Shown: positions 49,374-59,595, counted from the first letter of the stretch. The stretch is 64,000 bases of DNA from an uncultured Candidatus Saccharibacteria bacterium (GCA_964391325.1 CAYMJM010000001.1:1438-65437), one strand, 5' to 3'. Made by a program: numbers and translations. The notes: a model not told the origin generated them from the letters alone.

Positions 49374-49556
49374 ATGGAAGAGAGTTTAATTACTACAGGA
49401 CAATCCTACGTCTGTCTGGAATGCAAGAATGAAAACACTCTCGATAGTACAAATATTGGAGATGTCGTAGAATGTGATTTTTGCGGAATAGAATATGAAA
49501 TTATTGAGGAGGAAGGGAAAAATTATAAACTGGTTATCATAGAGGAAGAAAAATAG
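49374..49556 (+). CDS. LysW-like acidic Zn-ribbon protein
   Basis: CLEC...GDVVECDFCGIEYEI pattern as in LysW; C-terminus IIEEEK instead of EDWGE. Confidence 0.75.
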   Translation: MEESLITTGQSYVCLECKNENTLDSTNIGDVVECDFCGIEYEIIEEEGKNYKLVIIEEEK

Positions 49557-49582
49557 TAGAATAAGGAAAGTATTTTAAGCAA

Positions 49583-51034
49583 ATGTCTAAAGTTGACTTC
49601 TTCCTTAAACAAATAAATTTTAAGCTCAAAGATAAACCTTTATTTTACATATGTAATGATCCGGAGAGGGCCTTGGGGCTTGAGGCTTTGCTGAAAAACT
49701 ATCATATCGTGTGCGTGGATGACTCGGATTTGTTTACTTATATAAAACTTCAAATTGGAAATATTTTCTCTCTGGAAAACCATGTTGGACAAAAAAATGC
49801 TCTCTTTAGAAGCTCAGCGAAGTTACTTGAAGAAGAGTCAGTAGCAGAGTATATCAATAACAATTCAAAGCAAAATGAAAGATTTTTTCAAACATTCAAA
49901 ATTTCTTCAAGATTTCAAAAATTAGCGGAAAGATACAATGCTACACTACTCAATACAACTTCGCAGCTAAACAAAAGCTTTGAGAATAAACTTAGGCAAT
50001 ATAGGTTACTAAAACAGTATGAAGTTAACTTTCCACCAACTTTAATATCCAAACTCAAAGAATTGGACTATCAGACTTTAGCAGATAAGCTAGGCAATAG
50101 TCTTGTTATTCAGTTTGACCGCGGCCACACAGGAACTGGAACGGTCTTTATCAATTCTATTGATGAATTTAAAAGTATACAGCAAAAATTTCCTGATAGA
50201 GAAGCTAGAGTTGCAAGTAGAGTAGAAGGATTCAGCTATACAGTTAATGCAGCAGTAAGCAGAAATGGAATTTATGTAGCAGGTTTGAGCTATCAAATAA
50301 CAGGAGTGCCTGAATTGACCCACTTGGAGGGAGGGACTGTAGGAAACGACTTTAGCTGCAGACAAGGTATTAGTTCCAAACTTAAGCAGCAAATTATAGA
50401 AGAGGTTACCAAGGTTGGGTTTGCTATGAAGGAAGCAGGATACAAAGGCTTATTTGGTGTTGATCTAATAGTTTCTTCTGATCAAGTGTATATAATTGAG
50501 GTTAATGCCCGACAGCCTGCGTCCGTTCCTTTTCATGCTAAGCTACAGCTAAGACAGGACGAGGTTCCACTGTCGATAATTCACATTATGGAATTTATGG
50601 ATCTAATTTATGATATAGATCCGATAGAATACTGTAACAAAGGCTTGGAGCCTGTTTCAGCAGGCCAACTGTTTCTGCGCAATGTTACTCCAGAACGATT
50701 TATAGTAAATGGTAAAATTAAAACTGGAGTTTATAGATTACAGAGTGATAACTCTGCCCTAATATTTAAAGAACATGGAACAGAAGTCAAAGCAAATACA
50801 ATATTTTTAGATGAAGAAAAAGATAAGCCTTTAATCTTTCAAAAGGAAGGGTACTCTATAGATTCAATTGAAGATGGAGGCTTTTTGATAGCGAGTCAGT
50901 TACAAGGAAAACAAGTTAATCAGGGAAATGAAATAGCACGAATTCAAGCATTACAGTCTCTGGTAGGTAAGGATGGTAAGCCTTTCCCGTGGGCTATAGA
51001 AGCATTACAGGCAATATACGAATATTTACGTTAG
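49583..51034 (+). CDS. uncharacterised ATP-grasp ligase
   Basis: FENK, FPPT, VIQFDRGHTGTGT, YKGLFGVDLI, IIEVNARQ (ExNxR). Confidence 0.82.
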   Translation: MSKVDFFLKQINFKLKDKPLFYICNDPERALGLEALLKNYHIVCVDDSDLFTYIKLQIGNIFSLENHVGQKNALFRSSAKLLEEESVAEYINNNSKQNERFFQTFKISSRFQKLAERYNATLLNTTSQLNKSFENKLRQYRLLKQYEVNFPPTLISKLKELDYQTLADKLGNSLVIQFDRGHTGTGTVFINSIDEFKSIQQKFPDREARVASRVEGFSYTVNAAVSRNGIYVAGLSYQITGVPELTHLEGGTVGNDFSCRQGISSKLKQQIIEEVTKVGFAMKEAGYKGLFGVDLIVSSDQVYIIEVNARQPASVPFHAKLQLRQDEVPLSIIHIMEFMDLIYDIDPIEYCNKGLEPVSAGQLFLRNVTPERFIVNGKIKTGVYRLQSDNSALIFKEHGTEVKANTIFLDEEKDKPLIFQKEGYSIDSIEDGGFLIASQLQGKQVNQGNEIARIQALQSLVGKDGKPFPWAIEALQAIYEYLR

Positions 51035-51043
51035 TTTCATAAT

Positions 51044-51808
51044 ATGATTCATAAAACAATTCATCCAAAAGCCCAAGAAGCAATTCACAGGTACTTTAAC
51101 CTTCCTTTTGGCAGAAAGAGGGTAAAATGCCCTTATTATATGAATATTAAAAAGGAAAGGGCTGGTCTACGAGTAATGGTAGGTAAAGGGAGTGTAGCCG
51201 AGATAGTGCACGAGACAAAAGTATGGGCACAGCTAAAAGGTTTTAATCTAAGTCGGAAAAGCGAAGAGGAAATTAGGGAGTTTATGATTAAGAAGGGAAT
51301 AGGAATTGACTGCTCGGGTTTTATTGCACATATTTTAGATCATTGGTTTAAATCTGAAAACAGAGGAAGAGTATGGAACAACCTTAAATTTCAGGATAAC
51401 AGTATATACGCTCGATTTCGTAGATTTTTGAGACCTATTGAAAATATAGGTGCTAACTTGCTCACTTCTGATTTGAATTGCATACATATAGATAATTTTG
51501 ATGATATAGGGCCTGGAGATCTGATTAGAGCGAAAGGAAAGCAAAAAAATGCTCACCATGTAGCAATTATTACTGATACTCATAAGAGTGAAAGCGGCAA
51601 ACTTAAAAAGTTTGACTATGTGCATGCACATAGATTTTATGAGGAAGAAAATGGAGTTAGAAAAGGTACAGTAATAATCTCTAAACCAGAAGGGTCTCTA
51701 AAAGATCAGGAATGGCGGGATACTTACAATGGGAAAAATTATATGCTTGAGGATCTGAAAGTAAACTACGAGGATAATGGCATTAGAAGGCTAAAAGCAT
51801 TAGCATAA
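51044..51808 (+). CDS. NlpC/P60-like papain-fold Cys enzyme
   Basis: GIDCSGF catalytic Cys, PGDLI, HHVAII His, YVHA; no signal peptide. Confidence 0.7.
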   Translation: MIHKTIHPKAQEAIHRYFNLPFGRKRVKCPYYMNIKKERAGLRVMVGKGSVAEIVHETKVWAQLKGFNLSRKSEEEIREFMIKKGIGIDCSGFIAHILDHWFKSENRGRVWNNLKFQDNSIYARFRRFLRPIENIGANLLTSDLNCIHIDNFDDIGPGDLIRAKGKQKNAHHVAIITDTHKSESGKLKKFDYVHAHRFYEEENGVRKGTVIISKPEGSLKDQEWRDTYNGKNYMLEDLKVNYEDNGIRRLKALA

Positions 51809-51898
51809 AAACTATCCTAGGAATAGCGCGTTTTTTACTAAATATTGCTTGTAAAGCAGGGTAGTATGTTATTATAGAGTTTTATTACTTTCATTTGA

Positions 51899-53281
51899 AT
51901 GGTGGGGTCTGATAGGGAAATATTCAACTTTGTAGACGTAGAGACTACAGGAACTAAGAGTGCCGAGGATAGAATTATAGAAGTAGCTGCTATTAAAACG
52001 CAGGGAGATAAAATTCTTGATATTTACACTGCCTTGGTTAATCCTGGTTTTAGACCATCAAGCTTCATATTGGGACTGACAGGAATTAAATATGAAGACC
52101 TGGAAGTATCTAAACGCTTCCAAGATATAGCAGGAGAGCTTTATGAATTTTTGAGTCAGGGTACTTTTGTTGCCCATAATGCAAGGTTTGATTATTCTTT
52201 TTTAAAGAATGAGTTCCTTAGAGCAGGATTTAGCTTTCTACCAAAGATTCTATGTACGGTTAGGCTCTCTAGCGCACTCTACCCTCACTTGAAAAAACAT
52301 AACTTGGAATCCTTAGTTAAACGTCTGCATATTAAATTGGAAAACCACCACCGAGCTTATGATGATGCGTATAGCCTTTTTGAGTTTATAAAGCTCGAAA
52401 GATGTAATCGACAAGATCACGATTTCCACAGAATTATAAGTGAGTTAACTGGCTCGCCAGCTATCCCCAAGCTAATTAGCAAGGCTGATCTAGACAGCAT
52501 TCCTGATACTACAGGAGTTTATTTATTCTTAAATGCACAAGCCTATCCTATTTATATTGGAATGAGTAAGAGCATCAGGCAAAGAGTTTTATCACATTTT
52601 TACCAGAACTTAAGCAGGAGCAAAGAAATGAAAATTTCCACAAGCCTCAATAAAATTCATTATATAGAAACAGCTGGTATCTTGGGGGCACAACTTCGGG
52701 AGTCGCAATTAATCAAGCAATACCAGCCTTTGTATAACCGAAAACTTCGCAGAAATGACTACTTAACTTGTGTTATCGCAGAGGAAAATGAGAATGAGTA
52801 TATTAACCTGTCTATTGGGCGTAGGAAAAACATAAATCAACAAAATTTGCATTACATAGTTGGTATTTACAATAGTGTAAAGCAAGCCAAAGCTAATTTA
52901 GCTGAAATTGCAAAGGAACATAAACTATGTCCTCAATACCTAGGGTTGGAGCCTAGATCTCGCAACAGTTGTTTTAATTATTATCTGAAGCTGTGCTCAG
53001 GTGCGTGCCGTCATGATATCCCAGTAGAAGAATATAACAGAAGTGTGTACAAAGCTTTTAACAAAACACGCTTGTGTGCCTGGCCTTATGGAGGTGAGAT
53101 AGAGGTAGTTGAGGAGACAAACAAATTTAAGGAGACTTTCGTTATAGACAAATGGGTAGTTAAGAGTGCTAGGTTTGAAGGAGACTACATAAGAAGTCAA
53201 CCTACCCTTGAAGCAGGTCGATTTGACCTAGATACTTATAAAATTCTGCATTCCTTTTTAAATCGCGAGTTTACCACTTAG
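51899..53281 (+). CDS. DEDDh 3'-5' exonuclease fused to a GIY-YIG (Cho-like) nuclease
   Basis: VDVETTG, AHNARFD, HRAYDDA; GVYLF...IYIGMS..IRQRVLSHF; C-terminal Cys cluster. Confidence 0.88.
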   Translation: MVGSDREIFNFVDVETTGTKSAEDRIIEVAAIKTQGDKILDIYTALVNPGFRPSSFILGLTGIKYEDLEVSKRFQDIAGELYEFLSQGTFVAHNARFDYSFLKNEFLRAGFSFLPKILCTVRLSSALYPHLKKHNLESLVKRLHIKLENHHRAYDDAYSLFEFIKLERCNRQDHDFHRIISELTGSPAIPKLISKADLDSIPDTTGVYLFLNAQAYPIYIGMSKSIRQRVLSHFYQNLSRSKEMKISTSLNKIHYIETAGILGAQLRESQLIKQYQPLYNRKLRRNDYLTCVIAEENENEYINLSIGRRKNINQQNLHYIVGIYNSVKQAKANLAEIAKEHKLCPQYLGLEPRSRNSCFNYYLKLCSGACRHDIPVEEYNRSVYKAFNKTRLCAWPYGGEIEVVEETNKFKETFVIDKWVVKSARFEGDYIRSQPTLEAGRFDLDTYKILHSFLNREFTT

Positions 53282-53355
53282 AAATTAATGCAAAGTGATC
53301 TATCCTCGTACTTTAGCTGAACTCAAGCTATAGATATTGATATAAGAAAGGCCAT

Positions 53356-53382
53356 TTGGCACTTGAAATTTATAGCTGCTAA
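53356..53382 (+). promoter_or_regulatory. CIRCE operator 1 (HrcA site, degenerate)
   Basis: TTGGCACTT-N9-AGCTGCTAA versus consensus TTAGCACTC-N9-GAGTGCTAA. Confidence 0.75.
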
Positions 53383-53392
53383 TGTTAGACTA

Positions 53393-53419
53393 TTGGCACT
53401 TTAGTTATATAGTTGCTAA
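53393..53419 (+). promoter_or_regulatory. CIRCE operator 2 (HrcA site, degenerate)
   Basis: TTGGCACTT-N9-AGTTGCTAA, 2 nt before the hrcA ATG. Confidence 0.75.
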
Positions 53420-53421
53420 TT

Positions 53422-54153
53422 ATGATAACTGCCAGACAAAAGCGTTTACTTGAAGCAATAATAAAAGAATTTATAGAAACAGCTGAGGCAGTCGGTTCTA
53501 TTGACTTACCTGAAAAATATGGACTGGATGTTAGTCCTGCTACGATAAGAAATGAGATGGCAACACTTGTATCCTTAGGATATCTGAATAAAACTCACGC
53601 CTCCTCAGGGAGAATCCCAACTACAAGGGCATTTAAATATTTTTTACAAGAAATACTAGATCAATTGCAGGAGTTGGATGTAAGAGAACAAGCACATTTC
53701 AACGAGGACATGTTTCAGAAAAGATACAATATTGACCAATTGATGATATCAGCTGTGAGAGCTTTAAGCTCCATAACTCACAATCCATCAATTGCGTTGG
53801 TAAATGACAGGATTTATCATATTGGTTTAGATATGTTATTAAATAACCCAGAGTATCGTGACTACACGAAACTACAACACATATTGGCTATGTTGGATGA
53901 TTATGCCAATCTGGTTCATATCTTTAAATCTCATAAAAGTGAACAAGATATTAAAGTGTTAATTGGGGAAGATTTAAGACACCCAGCCCTCTACGATTCT
54001 GCTATTGTTTTCGCAAATATCCCTAGTTTTCACAAAAGTAGTGGTTATATTGCTATTTTAGGCCCGAACCGGATGCAATACGAGAAGGTTATACCTGCTA
54101 TAAGGTATGTCTCAAATAAAATTTCTAACTTACTAAAAGACTGGAAAATTTAA
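53422..54153 (+). CDS. hrcA: heat-inducible transcription repressor (short form)
   Basis: RQ..LL.AII.EFI...VGS, SPATIRNEM, H.SSGRIPT, ILGPNRMQY. Confidence 0.93.
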   Translation: MITARQKRLLEAIIKEFIETAEAVGSIDLPEKYGLDVSPATIRNEMATLVSLGYLNKTHASSGRIPTTRAFKYFLQEILDQLQELDVREQAHFNEDMFQKRYNIDQLMISAVRALSSITHNPSIALVNDRIYHIGLDMLLNNPEYRDYTKLQHILAMLDDYANLVHIFKSHKSEQDIKVLIGEDLRHPALYDSAIVFANIPSFHKSSGYIAILGPNRMQYEKVIPAIRYVSNKISNLLKDWKI

Positions 54154-54169
54154 ATTTTAAAGTTTTCTC

Positions 54170-55105
54170 ATGATTAAATTGGAGCAACTATCTGCTTTAA
54201 TCAAAAGCCAAGAAAAAGTAAGGATAGAGCAGCTTAAGGATCTAATCCTCTCGCTGGATAGTGCAAACCTGCAAACAAAAAGTAAAGAAGATTTCCAAGT
54301 TTTCTCGGAGGCGCTTGAAAAGGCTGGTTTATCTAAATTTAAACAAGTCTCTCATGCAGGTAGGAAAATAAATGTATATAAGGTCAGTCCGGAGTTAAAA
54401 AAAGAATTTTTCGATCTTAATTTTATCGAACTTTCTGAGCCAAAGCCAGGCAAACACCTGAGACACACTGAGTGGGAATATGTTTCATACATTGCCGATA
54501 ACTATGATCTATTATTGAAAATGCTGACTTCTAAAGATAAAGTGACAAAAATTCGACAAATAGAAGATGATAAATTTAGCTATTATTCTCCAAGCGACAA
54601 CAAAATACAGTTCAGGAATAAGAGCATAGGAGAAACTGAAAACTATAATAAGCCAGTAGATACAACAGAAAAAGAATTAGAGTCGGAACTAGAAAAGGAG
54701 AAACAGGCAAGGATGAAACTCATAGCGGATTTTGATAACTATCGTAAATCAACTGAGGCACGACTCAGTCAAGTTATGCAGAATGCTAATTCTAAAGTTA
54801 TTATTAAATTAATTGATATTATAGATGATTTTGAAAGAGCTTTACAAACCAAGGAAGATGGAGGGATACAACTTATTTATAATAAATTAATAAATTTGCT
54901 AAAAGAAGAAAATGTAGAAATGATTAAGTTAGAGCAGGGAGCCAAATATGAACCTTATCAAATGGAAGCTTTAAGCATCAGTGAAACTGATAATGAGTCC
55001 GAAAATAATACTGTCGAACGAATCATACAACAAGGCTATGTCAATGTCGAAACAGGAAGCATTTTAAGACCTACTAGAGTTATAGTCAAAAAACTAAAAC
55101 AGTAA
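54170..55105 (+). CDS. grpE: GrpE nucleotide exchange factor with an extra N-terminal domain
   Basis: ADFDNYRK, IIDDFERAL, QQGY...ILRP.RVIV; located between hrcA and dnaK. Confidence 0.88.
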   Translation: MIKLEQLSALIKSQEKVRIEQLKDLILSLDSANLQTKSKEDFQVFSEALEKAGLSKFKQVSHAGRKINVYKVSPELKKEFFDLNFIELSEPKPGKHLRHTEWEYVSYIADNYDLLLKMLTSKDKVTKIRQIEDDKFSYYSPSDNKIQFRNKSIGETENYNKPVDTTEKELESELEKEKQARMKLIADFDNYRKSTEARLSQVMQNANSKVIIKLIDIIDDFERALQTKEDGGIQLIYNKLINLLKEENVEMIKLEQGAKYEPYQMEALSISETDNESENNTVERIIQQGYVNVETGSILRPTRVIVKKLKQ

Positions 55106-55156
55106 CTACATTCTCATGCTGTTTAGAATTTCTATTTTAAATTTTAGTTAAATAAC

Positions 55157-57058
55157 ATGTCTAAAATAGTTGGAATTGACCTTGGAACTAGTAACTCCGC
55201 AATAGCCTATGTGACCGGAGGGAAGCCTGAAATAATTGCAAACAAAGAAGGTGGAAGGACAACCCCTTCTGTAATTGCAATATCTTCTGATGCTGTAGAA
55301 GAAATTATTGTGGGCGTGCCAGCCAAGAATCAGATGGTAACAAACCCCGAACAGACTTTCTACTCAATAAAAAGATTGATTGGAAGGAGATGGGATGATC
55401 CGGATATTGAACAAGACAAGAAGCTCCTACCCTTTGAGCTAAGGAAAAGCGGTAAAGGTGGAGTTGAAATAGAATTTGGAAACCAATGGCTTGCTCCAGA
55501 AGCAATTTGTGCCAAAGTACTTGCTAAACTGAAAGCAGATGCTGAGGCTTTCTTGGGTGAAGAAGTTAAGGAAGCAGTGATAACAGTTCCCGCTTACTTT
55601 GATGATTCTCAAAGACAGGCAACCAAAAATGCAGGGAAAATAGCAGGTCTCGATGTAAAAAGAATTATTAACGAGCCTACAGCTGCAGCTCTGGCTTACG
55701 GTCTGGATCAGAAACAGGATCAAAATATTGCGGTCTATGATCTGGGTGGAGGCACGTTTGATATTTCAATTCTCGAAATTGGTGATGGTATATTTGAGGT
55801 TAAGGCCACAAATGGAGATACCCATCTAGGAGGAGATGACTTTGATCAGGAAATAATTGATAGCTTAATCGATGAATTTAAAAAAGACACAGGAATTGAT
55901 TTAAGGAGTGATCCTGCTGCGTTACAGAGGCTTAAAGAAGCAGTTGAAAAGGCAAAAATTACACTGTCAAGCACAGAAAAAACAGAGATTAACTTGCCAT
56001 ACATAACGGCAGACAAAAATGGTCCAAAGCATTTTAGGAAAGAGATGACCCGATCTGATTTGGAAAAATTAGTTTCGGACCTTATTGACAAGACTCTTGA
56101 GCCGTGTAGAAAAGCACTTGTCGACGCAAAACTCTCTGTATCAGATATAGATGAAGTAATTTTAGTCGGGGGAATGACCAGAATGCCACTTATCAAGAAA
56201 AAGGTTGAGGAGTTTTTTGGTAGAAAACCTCATGAAGGTGTAAATCCTGATGAAGTTGTGGCAATTGGAGCAGCTATACAAGGTGCAGTTCTTGCTGGAG
56301 ATGAAAATGTGAAAGACGTCACCCTCCTAGATGTTACTCCGCTAACTTTAGGCTTGGAAACCCTTGGAGGGGTTAGAACACCCTTGATTCCTCGGAATAC
56401 AACTATACCAACAGAAAAATCACAGGTTTTTTCGACAGCTGCCGATAACCAGACAGCAGTAGAAATTCATGTATTGCAGGGAGAAAGGGAGATGGCAAGT
56501 GATAATAAAACTTTAGGAAAATTTATACTTGACGGTATCCCTCCGGCACCAAGGGGGGTTCCTCAAGTAGAAGTTACTTTTAAAATAGATGCTAATGGGA
56601 TACTAAGTGTTTCTGCTAAAGACAAAGCAACAGGTAAAGAGCAAAGCATAACAATCACAGCATCTACTCACATGAGTGAAGATGAAATTGACAAAATGGT
56701 CGAAGAGGCTTCAAAATATGCTGCTGAAGATAAAAAGAAGAAGGAAAGGGTTGAAATCCATAATGTCGCTGATACGTTAGTATTTCAGGTAGAAAAATTT
56801 ATCGAAGAAATGAAAGAAAAATTAGATAATACCGATAAGGAGGAGCTTGAGGAAAAAGCAAAAGAGCTGAAAGAGATAATTAATAAAGAAGACTTCGTTA
56901 ACGAAGATGTAAAAATTAAGACGGAAGAGCTATCAAAGTTACTGCAGCAAAAAGGGGCTAAGATGTACGAAAAAGCATCAAAAGAAGCTGAAGAAGAACA
57001 GAAAGATTCCAAAAGTGAAGAAAAAAGTTCGGAAGCTGAAGAAGGGGAAGTGGTCTAA
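55157..57058 (+). CDS. dnaK: chaperone DnaK
   Basis: [43 protein letters not shown]. Confidence 0.99.
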   Translation: MSKIVGIDLGTSNSAIAYVTGGKPEIIANKEGGRTTPSVIAISSDAVEEIIVGVPAKNQMVTNPEQTFYSIKRLIGRRWDDPDIEQDKKLLPFELRKSGKGGVEIEFGNQWLAPEAICAKVLAKLKADAEAFLGEEVKEAVITVPAYFDDSQRQATKNAGKIAGLDVKRIINEPTAAALAYGLDQKQDQNIAVYDLGGGTFDISILEIGDGIFEVKATNGDTHLGGDDFDQEIIDSLIDEFKKDTGIDLRSDPAALQRLKEAVEKAKITLSSTEKTEINLPYITADKNGPKHFRKEMTRSDLEKLVSDLIDKTLEPCRKALVDAKLSVSDIDEVILVGGMTRMPLIKKKVEEFFGRKPHEGVNPDEVVAIGAAIQGAVLAGDENVKDVTLLDVTPLTLGLETLGGVRTPLIPRNTTIPTEKSQVFSTAADNQTAVEIHVLQGEREMASDNKTLGKFILDGIPPAPRGVPQVEVTFKIDANGILSVSAKDKATGKEQSITITASTHMSEDEIDKMVEEASKYAAEDKKKKERVEIHNVADTLVFQVEKFIEEMKEKLDNTDKEELEEKAKELKEIINKEDFVNEDVKIKTEELSKLLQQKGAKMYEKASKEAEEEQKDSKSEEKSSEAEEGEVV

Positions 57059-57073
57059 TAAAACCACAGCACC

Positions 57074-57191
57074 TCTCGACCCTTCGTTTACACTCAGGAC
57101 TCAAGGCTCAAACTGACACGCTATATTTTGATTTAATATGTCAGTTCGAGCCTGTCGAGACCTTATTTCCCATAGCTAAGGTATGTCGAGA
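57074..57191. repeat. REP-like inverted pair, copy 2
   Basis: TCTCGACCC..CTCAAGGCTCAAACTGACA and TGTCAGTTCGAGCCTGTCGAGA, plus a further GTCGAGA. Confidence 0.7.
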
Positions 57192-57206
57192 GAAAATACT
57201 ATTATT

Positions 57207-58202
57207 TTAGGTACCAAAATATTCTGAGATTTTTTTCCTGGTAAGTGCTAATGCTTCATAGGGGTCATCTGTATCTAATGTGGCACCGGAAGCTGAGTCG
57301 TGCCCTCCACCCCCTAACAGTTCAGCAACTTTTCGCACATTTTGACCATTCATCCTTGATCTAAAGGATACTTTGCATTCTTTGGCATCACTATCAGGAT
57401 TCACTAAGAACCCCCAATTATACCCTTCTCTACCTAGCAAAATATCAATGATTAGATTCTTCAGTATATCCATTTGTGTAGAATTGAGACCAAGCAGATC
57501 ATATACATCTTTAGTAATGTAGCTGTAGGAGTATTTCAGCTGCTCATCAAACTTAAGATTGTTTATAATTACCTTAGCTGCGTTAAGTACAGGTTCATCG
57601 TACGATTTAATTTTTTCGGCTATTTCTGACGCTACAGCACCATTCTCAATTAACTTCGCTACAATTTCGAAAGTATTCTTATTAACTGTCTTGGTAGAAA
57701 AGCCATTTGTATCATCGTAGATCCCTGCTAGAAGCGCTTTTGCTGTCTGAACGCTAAAGTCTACATGCTCCTGGAATAGCTCAAAGACGATCTCACTAGT
57801 CGAAGGATAATTCTTACGAACATATAAAACTGCTTCCAAATCAGATTCGTAGATGTGATGATCTATTACAACTACTTTTTGTTCTGGCTGTAGAGGAAAG
57901 TCTCCTTTTGTTATTCTAGATTTTCTGTTTGCGTCGAGCACTATTATTAAGTCAAATTTCTGCGTAAAAACAGAATCTGATAAATTGGCTTGAATGATCC
58001 TCTTAGTACCTTCTAAAAATGAATAAGCGTGAGGGGGTGAGTCCTCTACAGCCATAGTTATCTCTTTATCTTTAAATCCTTTAAGAATCCAATATAGTCC
58101 GACCATAGATCCAATAGCATCAAAATCATGGTTAAGATGCGTGGTAAGCAATATATTAGCTGATTGATTAATGGTCTCTATTAATTCTTTACTTTCTTGC
58201 AT
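57207..58202 (-). CDS. nrnA: DHH/DHHA1 phosphoesterase (NrnA-like)
   Basis: THLNHDFDAIGS, VLD, IDHH, GIYDDT, SFRS, GGGGH..ASG. Confidence 0.85.
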   Translation of the reverse strand: MQESKELIETINQSANILLTTHLNHDFDAIGSMVGLYWILKGFKDKEITMAVEDSPPHAYSFLEGTKRIIQANLSDSVFTQKFDLIIVLDANRKSRITKGDFPLQPEQKVVVIDHHIYESDLEAVLYVRKNYPSTSEIVFELFQEHVDFSVQTAKALLAGIYDDTNGFSTKTVNKNTFEIVAKLIENGAVASEIAEKIKSYDEPVLNAAKVIINNLKFDEQLKYSYSYITKDVYDLLGLNSTQMDILKNLIIDILLGREGYNWGFLVNPDSDAKECKVSFRSRMNGQNVRKVAELLGGGGHDSASGATLDTDDPYEALALTRKKISEYFGT

Positions 58203-58203
58203 C

Positions 58204-59595
58204 TTATTTGTTTAAATTATTAGAAACCCAATTAAAAATTTCAGGTACGCTAATTCTTTGCTGCTCCATGGTGTCTCGATCTCTTATCGTGACTGTATTG
58301 TCGTCTAAGGAGCTGTAATCAACAGTGATACACCACGGTGTGCCGATTTCATCCTGTCGTCTGTACATCTTTCCTATATTTCCAGCATCGTCGTATTCGC
58401 ATGAAAAATTTTGACTTAAGTCATTATAGATTTTTCGTGCGAGGCTTTGTAGTTTTTCATCTTTTTGCAATGGAAACACTGCAACCTGTACTGGGGCAAT
58501 ATTTTTAGGAAACTTTAAAACAACTCGAGATTTTCCATTTTCCAGGGACTCCTCAGTATAAGCAGCATACATTGTAACTAAAACTGCTCTTGCCAGACCA
58601 AAAGAAGGCTCCAGTATGTGAGGAATATACTCTCTATTTGTTTTAGGGTCTTTATATGTTAAGCTCTTACCGCTTTTTTGTGAATGTGCTTGTAAATCAA
58701 AATCGACCCTATGTGCTAGTCCCGCTATCTCCGCCCAGCCAAAATCAAACTTGTACTCTGGATCGTAAGTTCGCTTTGAGTAATGTGATAGCTCCTCTTC
58801 TTCATGCTGTCTAAATCTTAAATCCTCTTCTCTTGCCCCTAAATTTAGATAAAAATTTTTCATATCTTCAAGCCATGTGTTCATAAGTTTTTCCCAATCT
58901 GCTTGCGGATCAATAAAGTACTCTATTTCCATTTGTTCTGTTTCAATTGTGCGAAAGATAAACTGTCCTTTTGTAATCTCATTTCGAAAGGCCTTTCCCA
59001 CTTGGGCTATACCAAATGGAATACGCATGCGCACAGTATTTAAGACATTTTTAAAGTTAATAAATATTGACTGAGCAGTTTCTGGTCTTAGGTAAGCAAG
59101 ATCTTCTTCATTTTTATCAAAGCCTGCATGGGTTTCAAACATTTGATTAAATAATTTAGGGCCAGCTAACTCATTTCCTTCTGGGCTCTTAATATCATTT
59201 TTTTCTATAAATTCCTTCATCTCTTCTAAATTCAGTGATTCCACTTTGATCTCCTGGTTATTTTTTTTTGCAAATGCCTGTATTAAATGATCTGCTCTAT
59301 ACCTTTTGTGAGTTACTTTATCTTCAACTAGAGCCTCATTAAAGCTATCTGTGTGACCCGAAGCCTCCCAGACTTCTTTTTGCATCAAAATCGCTCCATC
59401 TAGCCCTATAATCTCCTCTCTTTGAGTTACAAATGTCTTCCACCATAGGTCTGCTATATTCTTTTTAAGCTGAGTTCCGTACGGTCCATAATCGTAATTA
59501 TTAGCGAATCCTCCATAGATATCCGAAGTCTGATATACAAACCCTCTTCTTTTTGCCCAAGCTACTATTTTTTCCAGAGTAACTTGATTTAACAT
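58204..59595 (-). CDS. glyS: glycine--tRNA ligase, homodimeric (alpha2) type
   Basis: KRRGF, YDYGPYG, WEASGH, LRPETAQ, GKAFRNEI, EPSFG, IGKMYRRQDEIGTP. Confidence 0.96.
   Translation of the reverse strand: MLNQVTLEKIVAWAKRRGFVYQTSDIYGGFANNYDYGPYGTQLKKNIADLWWKTFVTQREEIIGLDGAILMQKEVWEASGHTDSFNEALVEDKVTHKRYRADHLIQAFAKKNNQEIKVESLNLEEMKEFIEKNDIKSPEGNELAGPKLFNQMFETHAGFDKNEEDLAYLRPETAQSIFINFKNVLNTVRMRIPFGIAQVGKAFRNEITKGQFIFRTIETEQMEIEYFIDPQADWEKLMNTWLEDMKNFYLNLGAREEDLRFRQHEEEELSHYSKRTYDPEYKFDFGWAEIAGLAHRVDFDLQAHSQKSGKSLTYKDPKTNREYIPHILEPSFGLARAVLVTMYAAYTEESLENGKSRVVLKFPKNIAPVQVAVFPLQKDEKLQSLARKIYNDLSQNFSCEYDDAGNIGKMYRRQDEIGTPWCITVDYSSLDDNTVTIRDRDTMEQQRISVPEIFNWVSNNLNK

Noticed and set aside
48309-49556. 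Calling the cluster a standard thrC or lysW biosynthetic operon
   Set aside because: No hom, thrB or lysZYJK genes are nearby and the carrier lacks the EDWGE terminus, so gene symbols were withheld.
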